UHGV virus genome: UHGV-0102213
Origin: a virus
Direction: 5' to 3' (one strand)
DNA: 20,808 nt
Under the pieces are notes generated by a model. It made no database searches. It worked only from the letters and a program-made list of their open reading frames with translations, and was not told where the DNA came from. Both the position numbers and the translations under genes were made by a program. This document shows, piece by piece, positions 1 through 13,559 of this stretch. Within the stretch, counting starts at the first letter, position 1; each line of letters begins with the position of its first letter.

Positions 1-317
1 CGCCGGACCACCGTTCCGCCGACCAGACTCTGCAGATCTTCCGCCATCCCGGTGACCATACCGTACAGGTTAGAAACCGTCAGCGTGGGGCGCGTACTGG
101 TGCCTTTGCCATTCAGTTCAAAACCACTCCCCTGAATGGGATACGGCTGATACTGTCGCCCCTGCCAGGTGACCGGCTCACCTTTTTCGTTCTGCTCATT
201 ACAGAAAAAATAACGTTCTCCACCAACCTCTGTCAGATCGATTTCCCAGAGCACCACGCTGGCAGACTGCTCCGCACGGGTGCATTCATTCAGTGTTTCC
301 TGCCGGATATCCTGCAT
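1..317 (-). CDS. L: Minor tail protein L, N-terminal portion; the gene continues past the window start
   Basis: Minus-strand ATG at 317..315 overlaps the M stop (ATGA). Translation begins MQDIRQETLNECTRAEQ, matching the lambda gpL N-terminus as I recall it. Gene order M then L as in lambda. Confidence 0.85.
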   Translation of the reverse strand, partial: MQDIRQETLNECTRAEQSASVVLWEIDLTEVGGERYFFCNEQNEKGEPVTWQGRQYQPYPIQGSGFELNGKGTSTRPTLTVSNLYGMVTGMAEDLQSLVGGTVVR

Positions 318-646
318 CAGTTCACCACCTGTTCAAACTCTGCGCTGAACTCAACACGCAGCATACTGACCCGCGACGACCATTTTGCGCAGGTCACCTT
401 TATCTGCCGCCACTCATAAGGCGGCGTCCACAGAAAGGCTTTCCAGCCCCCGTGCTCTTCCAGAAACGACTCCAGCGCCGCGGCCTCCCAACGGGGAACA
501 GAAAGCGTCACGCTGTACGTTTTCAGGTTGGCATTCAGCCCGGCAGGCGCTCGCTGGGAATAGCCATCACCAAAGCGCACCTTTCTTACAGAAGGGGCCG
601 AAGCCACATCCATACCGGGTTTCACTTTCCAGCGGAAGGTTTTCAT
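317..646 (-). CDS. M: Minor tail protein M
   Basis: 109-aa ORF in the track (MKTFRWKVKPGMDV...), same length and sequence as lambda gpM from recall. Sits between H and L. Confidence 0.9.
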   Translation of the reverse strand: MKTFRWKVKPGMDVASAPSVRKVRFGDGYSQRAPAGLNANLKTYSVTLSVPRWEAAALESFLEEHGGWKAFLWTPPYEWRQIKVTCAKWSSRVSMLRVEFSAEFEQVVN

Positions 647-3204
647 CGTCCACCTCCGGAGAACAGGCCACCATCACGCATCTGTGTCTGAATTTCATCA
701 CGGGCACCCTTGCGGGCCATGTCATACACTGCCTTCATCATCTGTGGACCTGGCAGACCATTCGTACCGTCGTTCTGAATCACCACGTGATTGTTCTGAT
801 TAAAATTAATGCCTTCAGCCCGCCGCATCTGCGCCGGACTTCCGGCACCGCCCACATAACCACCTTCCGCATAGCCCCGCATCAGGCGGTACAGGTTGCC
901 GACACCAATCCGGCTGGTAGCCTCCTTCGTGAAGACAAATTCACCACGATGAACAATCCCCGCTGGCTCATATTTGCCGCCGGTTCCCGTAAATCCTCCG
1001 GTCGCAAAATGGAATTTCGCCGCAGCTGCCTGAATGGCTGTACCGCCTGACGCGGATTCGCCGCCACCAACAGCACCGCCAATGGCGCTGCCGATACTCC
1101 CGACAATCCCCACCATTGCCTGCTTAAGCAGAATTTCTGTCATCATGGACAGCACGGAACGGGTGAAGCTGCGCCAGTTCTGCTCACTGCCGGTCAGCAT
1201 CGCCGCCATATTCTGCGCAATACCATCAAAGGTCTGCGTGGCTGCACTTTTAACCTGCAACATACTGTCCGTGGCACTCTCTTTCCACTCGCTCCAGCCG
1301 GACCTGAGGCCTGCCATCCAGCTCCCGCGAAGCAGGTCTTCAGCCGCCCAGGTCTTTTTCTGCTCTGACATGACGTTATTCAGCGCCAGAGGATTATCGC
1401 CATACTGTTCCTTCAGGCGCTGTTCCGTGGCTTCCCGTTCTGCCTGCCGGTCAGTCAGCCCCCGGCTTTTCGCATCAATAGCGGCCCGTTTTGCCCGTTG
1501 CTGCTGTGCGAATTTATCCGCTTGCTGCGCCAGCGCGTTCAGGCGCTCCTGATACGTGACCTTATCGCCAAGTGCAGCCAGCTGGCGTTTGTACTCCAGC
1601 GTCTCATCTTTATGCGCCAGCAGGGATTTCTCCTGTGCGGACAGCTGGCGACGTTGTGCCGCCTCCTCCAGTACCGCGAACTGATTTTCCGCCTTCCACA
1701 AATCCCGGCGCTGCTGGCTGATTTTCTCATTCGCTCCGGCATGCTTCTCCAGCGTCCGGAGTTCTGCCTGAAGCGTCAGCAGGGCAGCATGAGCACTGTC
1801 TTCCTGACGATCGCCCGCAGACACCTTCACGCCGGACTGTTTCGGCTTTTTCAGCGTCGCTTCATAATCCTTTTTCGCCGCCGCCATCAGCGTGTTGTAA
1901 TCTGCCTGCAGGATTTTCCCGTCTTTCAGTGCCTTGTTCAGTTCTTCCTGACGGGCGGTATATTTCTCCAGCGGCGTCTGCAGCCGTTCGTAAGCCTTCT
2001 GCGCCTCTTCGGTATATTTCAGCCGTGACGCTTCGGTATCGCTCTGCTGCTGCGCATTTTTGTCCTGTTGAGTCTGCTGTTCAGCCTTCTTTCGGGCGGC
2101 TTCAAGCGCAAGACGGGCCTTTTCACGATCATCCCAGTAACGCGCCCGCGCTTCATCGTTAACAAAATAATCATCCTTGCGCAGATTCCAGATGTCGTCC
2201 GCTTTCTTAAACGCAGCCTCTGCCTTAATCAGCATCTCCTGAGCGGTATCAGGACGACCAATATCCAGCACCGCATCCCACATGGATTTGAATGCCCGTG
2301 CTGTCCTGTCTGCCCAGGTTTCCAGCGTGCCCATGTTCTCTTTCAGGCGTCGGGTCTGGTCATCAAACCCTTTCGTTGCGGCCTCGTTCGCCGCCTGCAA
2401 TGCCCCGGCTTCATCGCCGGAACGCTGCAACTGAGCAACATACGCAATCTGCTCCGCCGTCACGTTATGGAACTGGCGCGCCATCGCCGTCAGCCCCGAC
2501 GTCGGGTCAGTGGTCAGCTTCCCGAAGGCTTCAGCGACCTTGTCCACCTCCACGCCGGATGCAGAGGAGAAACGCGCCACACTCTGGCTGATGGACGCAA
2601 TCTGAGCCTCACCGCTTACCCCCGCCTTAACCAGTGCGCTGAGTGACTCGCTGGTCTGGTTAAACGTCAGCCCTGCCGCCTGCCCGGCTCTGGACAGGAC
2701 CAGCATACGATCTGCCGTCAGACCCGACTGATTACCGGAAAGGACCAGCGTTTTGTTGAAATCGGACAGGGTTGAGTTACCCTGATACCAGGCATACGCC
2801 AGCGCACCGGTCGCCACCGCCAGCGAGGTGGCCCCGACCATCGGCAGGGTGATCGCACCGGCAAGCCCCCTGAACATGGGGATCATCCCGCCGAAGGAGT
2901 CCTTAACCTGACCACCCTGTTGCAGCAGGATCAGCCACGGACTTTGCCCGCCTGCAAGCTGCGTGGCCACGTCGGTGAACTGCGCAGGCAGCATACGCAT
3001 GGCAGCTTTATACTGCCCGACGGAAATCCCCGCTTTCTGTGCAGCCAGTGCCTGTCGGCTCAGCGACTGTTCAACGACTGCCGCTGTTTTTTTCGCATCA
3101 CTTTCCGTACCGGAAAAATGACGCCTGACTCTGGCCATCTGCTCGTCAAATCTGGCCGCATCCAGACTTAAATCAACGACCAGATCGCCTACCGGTTCAG
3201 CCAT
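643..3204 (-). CDS. H: Tail tape measure protein
   Basis: 853-aa ORF, the same length as lambda gpH. Long coiled-coil-rich central region and Gly-rich C-terminal part. Position after G/T and before M. Confidence 0.95.
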   Translation of the reverse strand: MAEPVGDLVVDLSLDAARFDEQMARVRRHFSGTESDAKKTAAVVEQSLSRQALAAQKAGISVGQYKAAMRMLPAQFTDVATQLAGGQSPWLILLQQGGQVKDSFGGMIPMFRGLAGAITLPMVGATSLAVATGALAYAWYQGNSTLSDFNKTLVLSGNQSGLTADRMLVLSRAGQAAGLTFNQTSESLSALVKAGVSGEAQIASISQSVARFSSASGVEVDKVAEAFGKLTTDPTSGLTAMARQFHNVTAEQIAYVAQLQRSGDEAGALQAANEAATKGFDDQTRRLKENMGTLETWADRTARAFKSMWDAVLDIGRPDTAQEMLIKAEAAFKKADDIWNLRKDDYFVNDEARARYWDDREKARLALEAARKKAEQQTQQDKNAQQQSDTEASRLKYTEEAQKAYERLQTPLEKYTARQEELNKALKDGKILQADYNTLMAAAKKDYEATLKKPKQSGVKVSAGDRQEDSAHAALLTLQAELRTLEKHAGANEKISQQRRDLWKAENQFAVLEEAAQRRQLSAQEKSLLAHKDETLEYKRQLAALGDKVTYQERLNALAQQADKFAQQQRAKRAAIDAKSRGLTDRQAEREATEQRLKEQYGDNPLALNNVMSEQKKTWAAEDLLRGSWMAGLRSGWSEWKESATDSMLQVKSAATQTFDGIAQNMAAMLTGSEQNWRSFTRSVLSMMTEILLKQAMVGIVGSIGSAIGGAVGGGESASGGTAIQAAAAKFHFATGGFTGTGGKYEPAGIVHRGEFVFTKEATSRIGVGNLYRLMRGYAEGGYVGGAGSPAQMRRAEGINFNQNNHVVIQNDGTNGLPGPQMMKAVYDMARKGARDEIQTQMRDGGLFSGGGR

Positions 3205-4035
3205 ACCGGACTCCTCCTGCGATCCCTTCTGATACTGTCATCAGCATTACGTCATCCTCCGTCATGCCCGCCACATCCGGGGAAGCGGGGATAACTTCAT
3301 TCCCGTCCGGGCCAAAACGAACGCCTCCGGCAAGCCCTGCCGCTTTCTGCATCAGCACATCATCTTCAGGCTCTTCGTCATCCTCACGCCGGTTCAGCAG
3401 ACTGAAATCCAGCGGATGCATATCCGGATCGCTGAAAAACAGGCTGAGTACGGTGTACGTCAGCCCGGAAAAGTGCATATCCAGCAGAACATCATGAAAA
3501 TAATGGGTACTGTAAAAGCGGTGCCAGTCGGCATACTCCGTGGATGACATCCCGGCAAGCATGGCGCGCCAGTCGGGTCGCCCCATCTCACGCGCCAGTT
3601 TCAGGGCAAAACTCAGCTCACCGTCGAACACTTTCCCGCAGAAACAGGCTCTGCTGGCCCGGCGTCATCTGCCTGTTCAGGTGCATCATTCACAACAAAC
3701 TCAGACATACCGGACAGACGCATTACCACATTTTCAGCCTGAGCAATTGCCTCTGTGGGCCAGGTGGTAAGCACTTCCTGCTCAATTTGTTTAACGGCTT
3801 CATTCATGGACGGCATCTTTGTCTTCTGCGGATGGCTATGCCACAGGGACATCGCCACCAGAAAAGCACCGGTTCTGACGAGATCTTCCACGCTCACCTG
3901 TCGATTGAGACTGGATCCCGCCTGTTCTGCCTGTCGTTTCAGCAGGGCGAGATGCTCAATTCGCTGCAGGGCTGACAGTTCAGAAAGCGTGACGGTCACG
4001 CCGTTATGTTCAAATGATTCGGTTTTCAGGAACAT
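3197..4035 (-). CDS. T: Tail assembly chaperone G-T fusion, made by -1 programmed ribosomal frameshift
   Basis: The T frame (144-aa ORF 3197..3631) has no independent start context and is entered from G at the slippery heptamer GGGAAAG (plus-strand CTTTCCC, 3631..3637). The post-shift reading GKVFDGELSFALK continues the T ORF. Confidence 0.8.
3613..4035 (-). CDS. G: Tail assembly chaperone G
   Basis: 140-aa ORF (MFLKTESFEHNGVTV...), length and sequence as lambda gpG from recall. Ends ...SAGKCSTVS just past the slippery site. Confidence 0.9.
   Translation of the reverse strand: MFLKTESFEHNGVTVTLSELSALQRIEHLALLKRQAEQAGSSLNRQVSVEDLVRTGAFLVAMSLWHSHPQKTKMPSMNEAVKQIEQEVLTTWPTEAIAQAENVVMRLSGMSEFVVNDAPEQADDAGPAEPVSAGKCSTVS
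3631..3637 (-). promoter_or_regulatory. Slippery heptamer G GGA AAG for the G to G-T -1 frameshift
   Basis: Seen directly: minus-strand GCG GGA AAG TGT in the G frame, 6 codons before the G stop. Shifting -1 gives GGG AAA GTG TTC GAC, which is in the T frame. Confidence 0.8.
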
Positions 4036-4050
4036 CGCTGACTCTCCGGA

Positions 4051-4791
4051 TTAACTGTCGGTGACGGTGATTTCTGCAACCGCAGCAAGTTCACCATTAC
4101 CGGATACAACCGGAATGTTGACCTTGCCTGCAGCAACACCTTTCACGGTGATGGTCATACCACTGACCGACACGGTGGCTTTTGTTTTATCCGCAGACAC
4201 CGCACGAAAGCTCTTGTCGGTTACGCCCTCCGGCTGGAAGGCCACGGTCAGCGTGGTGCTCTGCCCTTTCACCACCGAGGTGCTGGCAGGCGTCACGGTC
4301 ATGCCGGTTGCCGCTGTTACCGTGCTGCGATCTTCTGCCATCGACGGACGGCCCACATTGGTGACCTTCACCGTGCGGGTGATCACTTCCTTCGCCGTCA
4401 CCGCCTTACCGATACTGCTGACCCAGCCACGGAACACATCGACCGTGCCGTTCGGGAAGCGGATTTTATAGGCACGGGTATCACCTTCATTAAACCACGC
4501 CAGCAGCGCCTGCTGCCCCTGCTCTCCGGGCATCCACGCCAGCGTGAAGCTGGTATCTCCGGCAGATTTCTGCCCCTGCCCGGTCGCAGTCCAGTCTGCA
4601 TCTTCATCATCGAGATAGCTGTCGTCATAGGACTCAGCGGTCAGTTCGCCGGGCGTCAGGTCTTTAACTTTTGCCAGACGCGACCAGTCAACGTCTGAAA
4701 GCGGGTTCGCATAAGGGTCACCGTTCCCCTTATAAACCCACAGTGTGGTCCCGGCCCCTTTCACCGGCATTACTGGATTTGGTACAGGCAT
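4051..4791 (-). CDS. V: Major tail tube protein V
   Basis: Track ORF 4051..4821; start placed at the internal ATG ([22 protein letters not shown]...), giving a lambda-gpV-like protein. C-terminal Ig-like region ([19 protein letters not shown]). Confidence 0.9.
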   Translation of the reverse strand: MPVPNPVMPVKGAGTTLWVYKGNGDPYANPLSDVDWSRLAKVKDLTPGELTAESYDDSYLDDEDADWTATGQGQKSAGDTSFTLAWMPGEQGQQALLAWFNEGDTRAYKIRFPNGTVDVFRGWVSSIGKAVTAKEVITRTVKVTNVGRPSMAEDRSTVTAATGMTVTPASTSVVKGQSTTLTVAFQPEGVTDKSFRAVSADKTKATVSVSGMTITVKGVAAGKVNIPVVSGNGELAAVAEITVTDS

Positions 4792-4798
4792 ATCGTCC

Positions 4799-5194
4799 TC
4801 ACATTTCATAGGTAATGACATAAGTCAGATCGGCTGAACTCCACAGGCCCGCATCATCGTCGCGCCGGTAGTCATAGCCACTGACCACCATACTGGTGAT
4901 CAAATCTGACAGTGCCGGGATATCGGTCATCACCGGATAAATCCGGGACTCCATCCACGCATCCAGCTCTGAATCCGGCACCTGAGCAGGCAGGAAAACT
5001 TCGATATGCAGCTCCGCCTGCCAGGTATCGCTGTCCAGCTCTTCGCCCGTGTATTCAGCGCCGGTGAGATAAACGGCAACTGCCGGAAAATCCGCCTCAT
5101 CAAAAACAGCGGGGCGACCATCAAAAAACGTCGCCCCGGTGTCATGCTTCTCCAGTGCATCCAGTACGGCTGCACGGAGTTCAGTATGTTTCAT
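4799..5194 (-). CDS. U: Tail terminator protein U
   Basis: 131-aa ORF ([16 protein letters not shown]...), matching lambda gpU length and sequence from recall. ATGA overlap with the Z stop. Confidence 0.9.
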   Translation of the reverse strand: MKHTELRAAVLDALEKHDTGATFFDGRPAVFDEADFPAVAVYLTGAEYTGEELDSDTWQAELHIEVFLPAQVPDSELDAWMESRIYPVMTDIPALSDLITSMVVSGYDYRRDDDAGLWSSADLTYVITYEM

Positions 5195-5769
5195 CGCTTT
5201 ATTACCATCCTCAGTTGACGCTGCAGCGCATAGCCCAGCTCTTTCGGAAGACGTTCACGCCGTATCCGCTCAATATTTTGTTTAAACGCCGTGGTCAGCG
5301 GCACCGCCATCGGGATTTTCACCACATCAATGGGGTAACGGTTTTTCCCGGCCACACGCTGCATGACATGCCACCGCCCATTTTTCAGTTGCTGAATAAA
5401 CGCGCCGGGAATACGACGGTTTCCCACCACAAGCACGCTGCCGCCACCTTTCAGGGCTGAACGCTGCCCCTTTTTACGACGCCTGCGTCGGGACAGGACA
5501 ATCCGCGCGTTACCCAGCTTGATTACGGGCAAATCCCCCCGGTTAACCTTGATTCTGGCCTGCGGATTTTTGACCGTGGCCCTTTTCAGCCTGGCCCTTT
5601 CCTTTACCAGTTTCCGGCGTACCTTTGTCTCACGGGCAACCTGTGACGCCGACTGCGATATCGCGGATGAAGCAACGCGGTTAATGGCCATTGCGGCGGC
5701 ACCTGGCACCGCCGTTTTGCTGATACGGCTGAGGTTTTCAACGGCCTGCTCAAGACCTTTTATGGCCAT
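5191..5769 (-). CDS. Z: Tail completion protein Z
   Basis: 192-aa ORF (MAIKGLEQAVENLSRISK...), matching lambda gpZ from recall. Confidence 0.9.
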   Translation of the reverse strand: MAIKGLEQAVENLSRISKTAVPGAAAMAINRVASSAISQSASQVARETKVRRKLVKERARLKRATVKNPQARIKVNRGDLPVIKLGNARIVLSRRRRRKKGQRSALKGGGSVLVVGNRRIPGAFIQQLKNGRWHVMQRVAGKNRYPIDVVKIPMAVPLTTAFKQNIERIRRERLPKELGYALQRQLRMVIKR

Positions 5770-5780
5770 ACATCCCCCTT

Positions 5781-6134
5781 TCAGCGGCGACGGTTAACGG
5801 CAGGCGGTACGCCCCGTCCAAGCCAGAGATGACAGCTTCCGCCATCATCCGGCGTAACCCGATCTACCCAGAAGTTTTCCTCACCGATGGTCAGCGTGTC
5901 TCCGCGCCGCAGCTGCCGCACATCATCAGTCCGGACAAACAGGGACGGGCTGGAGCCTTCAACGCGCACGCCCTGTCCGGCATAGCTGATATTTTCAGGG
6001 TCATCAAAAACACCACGTATCACAGCACCGGACTGCTCACCGGATGTCATGGTGGCTGACGTTCCCATGTACCCGCGTATCGTTTCATCGGCGCGGGCAA
6101 TGGCAGCATCGAACAGGTTATCGAAATCAGCCAC
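5781..6134 (-). CDS. FII: Head-tail joining protein FII
   Basis: 117-aa ORF (MADFDNLFDAAIARADETIRGYMG...), matching lambda gpFII from recall. Confidence 0.9.
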   Translation of the reverse strand: MADFDNLFDAAIARADETIRGYMGTSATMTSGEQSGAVIRGVFDDPENISYAGQGVRVEGSSPSLFVRTDDVRQLRRGDTLTIGEENFWVDRVTPDDGGSCHLWLGRGVPPAVNRRR

Positions 6135-6145
6135 AGCGCCTCCCG

Positions 6146-6532
6146 TTATTGCATTCTGGCCAGGCCACGCTCTGTCATTTCAGCTGCCACACCGGCAGAG
6201 ACACGAAACGCCGTTCCCGGCAGCACAAATGCCACAGGTTCATCCCGCGTGGCGTGAAGTGCATCAGTATGCAGCGTCACCAGTGCCACAACCGTGACCA
6301 GATCAGCCGTATCAGTCACGGTATCCGGCTGCGCTGATACAACCTCATTTTCATGTCCGGTCAGCGCATTTTCCGGGCTGATAGGGGTATCCTGATCGGT
6401 AGTGTCATCAAGCTCCTCTTCCAGCTCTGCCACACGGAGCGCCAGTTCTTCTTTCGTTCCCGTCAAACTGACATCGCGGTTCAGTTGCTCACCCAGCGAC
6501 CGGAGACGGGCAATCAGTTCATCTTTCGTCAT
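6146..6532 (-). CDS. FI: Head completion / DNA packaging protein FI
   Basis: Track ORF 6146..6571; start placed at the internal ATG MTKDELIARLRSLGEQ, which is preceded by GGAGGAG. Matches lambda gpFI from recall. Confidence 0.85.
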   Translation of the reverse strand: MTKDELIARLRSLGEQLNRDVSLTGTKEELALRVAELEEELDDTTDQDTPISPENALTGHENEVVSAQPDTVTDTADLVTVVALVTLHTDALHATRDEPVAFVLPGTAFRVSAGVAAEMTERGLARMQ

Positions 6533-6573
6533 GAACTCCTCCACAGAGAGAAAATGGCCCCGAAGGGCCACGA

Positions 6574-7599
6574 TTACGCCAGTTGTACGGAAACGAACTC
6601 ATCAGGGTCAGCCAGCAGCATCAGCGGTGCTGACTGAATCATGGTGAACTCACGCGCCGGATCGCCGGATGTCTTCCAGTTTTTCGGATAACGGGGAGAC
6701 GCATTAATACCCTCACTCAATGCATCCGCATCCTGAATGCAGCCATAGGTGCGCAGACCGCGTGCATGAGTGTTACCCAGCACCATCGTGTTGTCCGGCA
6801 GGAAGTTCTTTTTGACGCCGTTTTCCACGTACTGTCCGGAATACACGACGATGGCCACATCGCCATACATTCCCTTATAAGACACCGCTTTGCCCAGGTC
6901 TTTTACCGCTGTCTCCAGCTCGGAATGAGAGCCGCGACGGGTATCCAGCTTCTCCCTGACGGCCTTGAAGGAACGGAACAGCGCCCAGCCTTTCGGATCA
7001 AACACGATGATATTCACCACGCCGCTGGCGTTCAGCGCGTAGACTTCGATATCGTCGGTCGGGTCATACGTGGACTTGTCACGCTTGCTCCACACCGTGC
7101 CGCCGGACTGCGTGATGTTGTTGGCCGCACTGCGGCCCATATCCACCTCAACCGGATCGAAGGCTTCACCGGTCATGGTGTATTTGCCCTTAAGCACGGC
7201 AGAAACTGCCTGCATCTCTTCCACCTGGGCAATGGCCAGCTCTTCGTCACGCATGTTCTGCATGATGATGCGACGGCGACGGTAAGCCGGGTCCGCCAGA
7301 TTCTGCGGATCTTCATCCGGCAGGCGACGCAGGGTCATCTGCGGATTCACTTCATGCTTGGGTTTGACATATCCCGGCGTAAATTCAGAGGTGGAGCCGC
7401 CACGGGAACGGATAACCTCACCGGAAACAATCGGCGAAACGTACAGCGCCATGTTTACCAGTCCAGGAATTTGTGAGAGATAGACTTTCTCCGTAGTGAA
7501 GGGATAGCTCTCACGGAAAAAGAGACGCAGAAACAGCGGATCAAACTTAAATTTCTGCTCATTTGCCGCCAGCAGCTGGGCGGTTGTGTACATCGACAT
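6574..7599 (-). CDS. E: Major capsid protein E
   Basis: Track ORF 6574..7626; start placed at the internal ATG MSMYTTAQLLAANEQKFKFDPLFLRLFF, giving 341 aa as for lambda gpE. Confidence 0.95.
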   Translation of the reverse strand: MSMYTTAQLLAANEQKFKFDPLFLRLFFRESYPFTTEKVYLSQIPGLVNMALYVSPIVSGEVIRSRGGSTSEFTPGYVKPKHEVNPQMTLRRLPDEDPQNLADPAYRRRRIIMQNMRDEELAIAQVEEMQAVSAVLKGKYTMTGEAFDPVEVDMGRSAANNITQSGGTVWSKRDKSTYDPTDDIEVYALNASGVVNIIVFDPKGWALFRSFKAVREKLDTRRGSHSELETAVKDLGKAVSYKGMYGDVAIVVYSGQYVENGVKKNFLPDNTMVLGNTHARGLRTYGCIQDADALSEGINASPRYPKNWKTSGDPAREFTMIQSAPLMLLADPDEFVSVQLA

Positions 7600-7611
7600 A
7601 AAAAAATCCCG

Positions 7612-7634
7612 TAAAAAAAGCCGCACAGGCGGCC
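7612..7634 (-). terminator. Terminator-like hairpin with U-run between D and E
   Basis: Minus-strand GCCGC-CTGT-GCGGC stem-loop followed by TTTTTTTACGGGATTTTTTT immediately upstream of the E start. Seen in sequence; function inferred. Confidence 0.35.
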
Positions 7635-7654
7635 TTTAGTGATGAAGGGTAAAG

Positions 7655-7987
7655 TTAAACGATGCTGATTGCCGTTCCGGCAAACGCGGTCCGTTTTTTC
7701 GTCTCGTCGCTGGCAGCCTCCGGCCAGAGCACATCCTCATAACGGAACGTGCCGGACTTGTAGAACGTCAGCGTGGTGCTGGTCTGGTCAGCATCAACCG
7801 CCAGAATGCCAACGGCAGTACCGTCGGTGGTGCCATCCCACGCAACCAGCTTACGGGTGGAGGTGTCCAGCATCAGCGGGGTCATTGCAGGCGCTTTCGC
7901 ACTCAATCCGCCGGGCGCGGTTGCGGTATGAGCCGGGTCACTGTTGCCCAGCGGCTGGTAATGGGTAAAGGTTTCTTTGCTCGTCAT
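7655..7987 (-). CDS. D: Capsid decoration protein D
   Basis: Track ORF 7655..7993; start at [12 protein letters not shown], matching lambda gpD (110 aa) from recall. Confidence 0.9.
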   Translation of the reverse strand: MTSKETFTHYQPLGNSDPAHTATAPGGLSAKAPAMTPLMLDTSTRKLVAWDGTTDGTAVGILAVDADQTSTTLTFYKSGTFRYEDVLWPEAASDETKKRTAFAGTAISIV

Positions 7988-7996
7988 AAACATCCC

Positions 7997-8392
7997 TTAC
8001 ACTGGTGTGTTCAGCAAATCGTTAACGGCATCAGATGCCGGGTTACCTGCAGCCAGCGGTGCCGGTGCCCCCTGCATCAGACGATCCAGCGCAGTGTCAC
8101 TGCGCGCCTGTGCACTCTGTGGTGCTGCGGCCAGAATGCGGCGGGCCATTTCCACGGTCATACCGGGGGTTTCTGCCAGCACGCGGGCCTGTTCTTCGCG
8201 TCCGTGAGCCTCCTCACAGTTGAGGATCCCCATAATGCGGCTGTTTTCTGCCGCAACCGCTGCGGTGATCTGCGCGTTCACGTCCGGCTGCGCCACGCTG
8301 GCGTTTTCGCCCTCCGTCGCTGGCACCACGTCAGTAACGTCAGCCTGCGAAGCAGTGGCTGAAACAGTTGTTGATTGAGTCTCTTTGGTCAT
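7997..8392 (-). CDS. Nu3: Scaffolding protein Nu3, nested in-frame in the 3' part of C
   Basis: Internal ATG at 8392 (MTKETQSTTVSATASQ...) preceded by a strong Shine-Dalgarno sequence (AGGAGGGCGA). Same frame and stop as C. The exact start is inferred. Confidence 0.6.
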   Translation of the reverse strand: MTKETQSTTVSATASQADVTDVVPATEGENASVAQPDVNAQITAAVAAENSRIMGILNCEEAHGREEQARVLAETPGMTVEMARRILAAAPQSAQARSDTALDRLMQGAPAPLAAGNPASDAVNDLLNTPV

Positions 8393-9296
8393 TCGCCCTC
8401 CTGAGAGACGGGATTTACGTGCATCCAGTGCATCACGCATGACGGTGATCGCATCGGTGCTGTTAACAAGTTCATCAGCCAGTCCGGCATCAATGGCCTC
8501 CTGACCGCTGTACACTGCAGCCTCGGTATCCAGCACAGCCTGCACAGACAGGCCGGTATATGCCGACACCTTCTGCGCAAACATCTGGCGGGTTGCGTCC
8601 ATCCGGGACTGCAGTGTCTCCCGGACGTCATCCGGAAGATGGCTGTAGGGATTGCCATCCACCTTATGGCTGCCGCTGTAAATCAGCGTGATTTCCACGC
8701 CCTGTTTCTCCAGCGCAGCACCGTAATTACTGTGAGCCATCATGACGCCGATGGAGCCTGTCCGGGCGGTCTGCGTGACCAGACGCCGGGAGGCGGCACT
8801 GGCAAGCAGCTGACCTGCACTGCAGTTCATGTCGTTGGCCAGCGCCCATACCGGTTTTATGTCACGCACACGGGCGATGATGTCAGCGCAGTCAAATGCC
8901 CCCGCCACCATCCCGCCGGGCGTGTCCATATCGAGCAGAATGCCGTCCACCATCGGATCGCTGGCAGCCTGTTGCAGACGGGCGATAATGCCGTTGTAAC
9001 CGGTCATCCCCGAGTACGGCTGCAGCGCCCGCGTCCGGCTGACCAGCGTGCCGGACACCGGCAGCACGGCGATGCCGTTCATGACCTGATAACTGCGGGC
9101 CTGTCGTGGTCCGTCATCATCACCGGATAATGCCAGCGTCGCGAGTGCCTCCTGGGCAGTCAGGCTGTCGCCGGACACCGCATCCGTCAGGCGGCTGATC
9201 CCAAGCTGGCCTGCAAGCGCACAAAAGAAAACCCGCGCATAGGCGGGTTCAAGCATCAGCGGCTCATTAAAGGCCATGCTGGCAATATGCGGGAGA

Positions 9297-9316
<20 letters not shown>
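7997..9316 (-). CDS. C: Head maturation protease / scaffold C (ClpP/S49-like fold)
   Basis: Track ORF 7997..9451; lambda-type GTG start at 9316 (VTAELRNLPHIASMAFNEPLMLEPAYARVFF), giving 439 aa. 20-nt overlap with the B 3' end, as in lambda. Confidence 0.9.
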
Positions 9317-12997
<3,681 letters not shown>

Positions 12998-13023
<26 letters not shown>

Positions 13024-13543
13024 TCAGCAACCCCGGTATCAGTTCATCCAGCGCGGCTGCTTTGTTCATGGCTTTGATGATATCCCGTTTCAGGAAATCA
13101 ACATGTCGGTTTTCCAGTTCCGGAAAACGCCGCTGCACCGACAGGGGGATCCCGTCGAGAATACTGGCAATTTCACCTGCGATACGCGACAGCACGAAAG
13201 TACAGAATGCGGTTTCCACCACTTCAGCGGAGTCTCTGGCATTCTTCAGTTCCTGTGCGTCGGCCTGCGCACGCGTAAGTCGATGGCGTTCGTACTCAAT
13301 AGTCCCTGGCTGGAGATCTGCCTCGCGGGCCTGCCGCAGTTCTTCAACCTCCCGGCGCAGCTTTTCGTTCTCAATTTCAGCATCCCTTTCGGCATACCAT
13401 TTTATAACGGCGGCAGAGTCATAAAGCACCTCATTACCCTTGCCACCGCCTCGCAGAACGGGCATTCCCTGTTCCTGCCAGTTCTGAATGGTACGGATAC
13501 TCGCACCGAAAATGTCAGCCAGCTGCTTTTTGTTGACTTCCAT
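12998..13543 (-). CDS. Nu1: Terminase small subunit
   Basis: 181-aa ORF (MEVNKKQLADIFGASIRTIQNWQEQGMPVLRGGGKGNEVLYD...), near-identical to lambda gpNu1 from recall. Winged-helix DNA-binding N-terminus. Confidence 0.95.
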
Positions 13544-13559
13544 TGTTCATTCCACGGCC

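Noticed and set aside
293-1106. Plus-strand ORFs 293..691 and 385..1050 and minus-strand ORF 882..1106 overlapping M and H
   Set aside because: Alternative-frame or antisense reading of the M/H coding sequence. M and H are accounted for by lambda-like proteins on the minus strand.
1034-2646. Several long plus-strand ORFs (for example 1034..1552, 1498..2028, 2068..2646) antisense to the tape measure gene
   Set aside because: They lie wholly inside the 853-aa minus-strand H gene, whose product matches lambda gpH. They are low-complexity, Arg/Leu/Cys-rich, and have no start context, so they are typical antisense artefacts of a GC-rich coding region.
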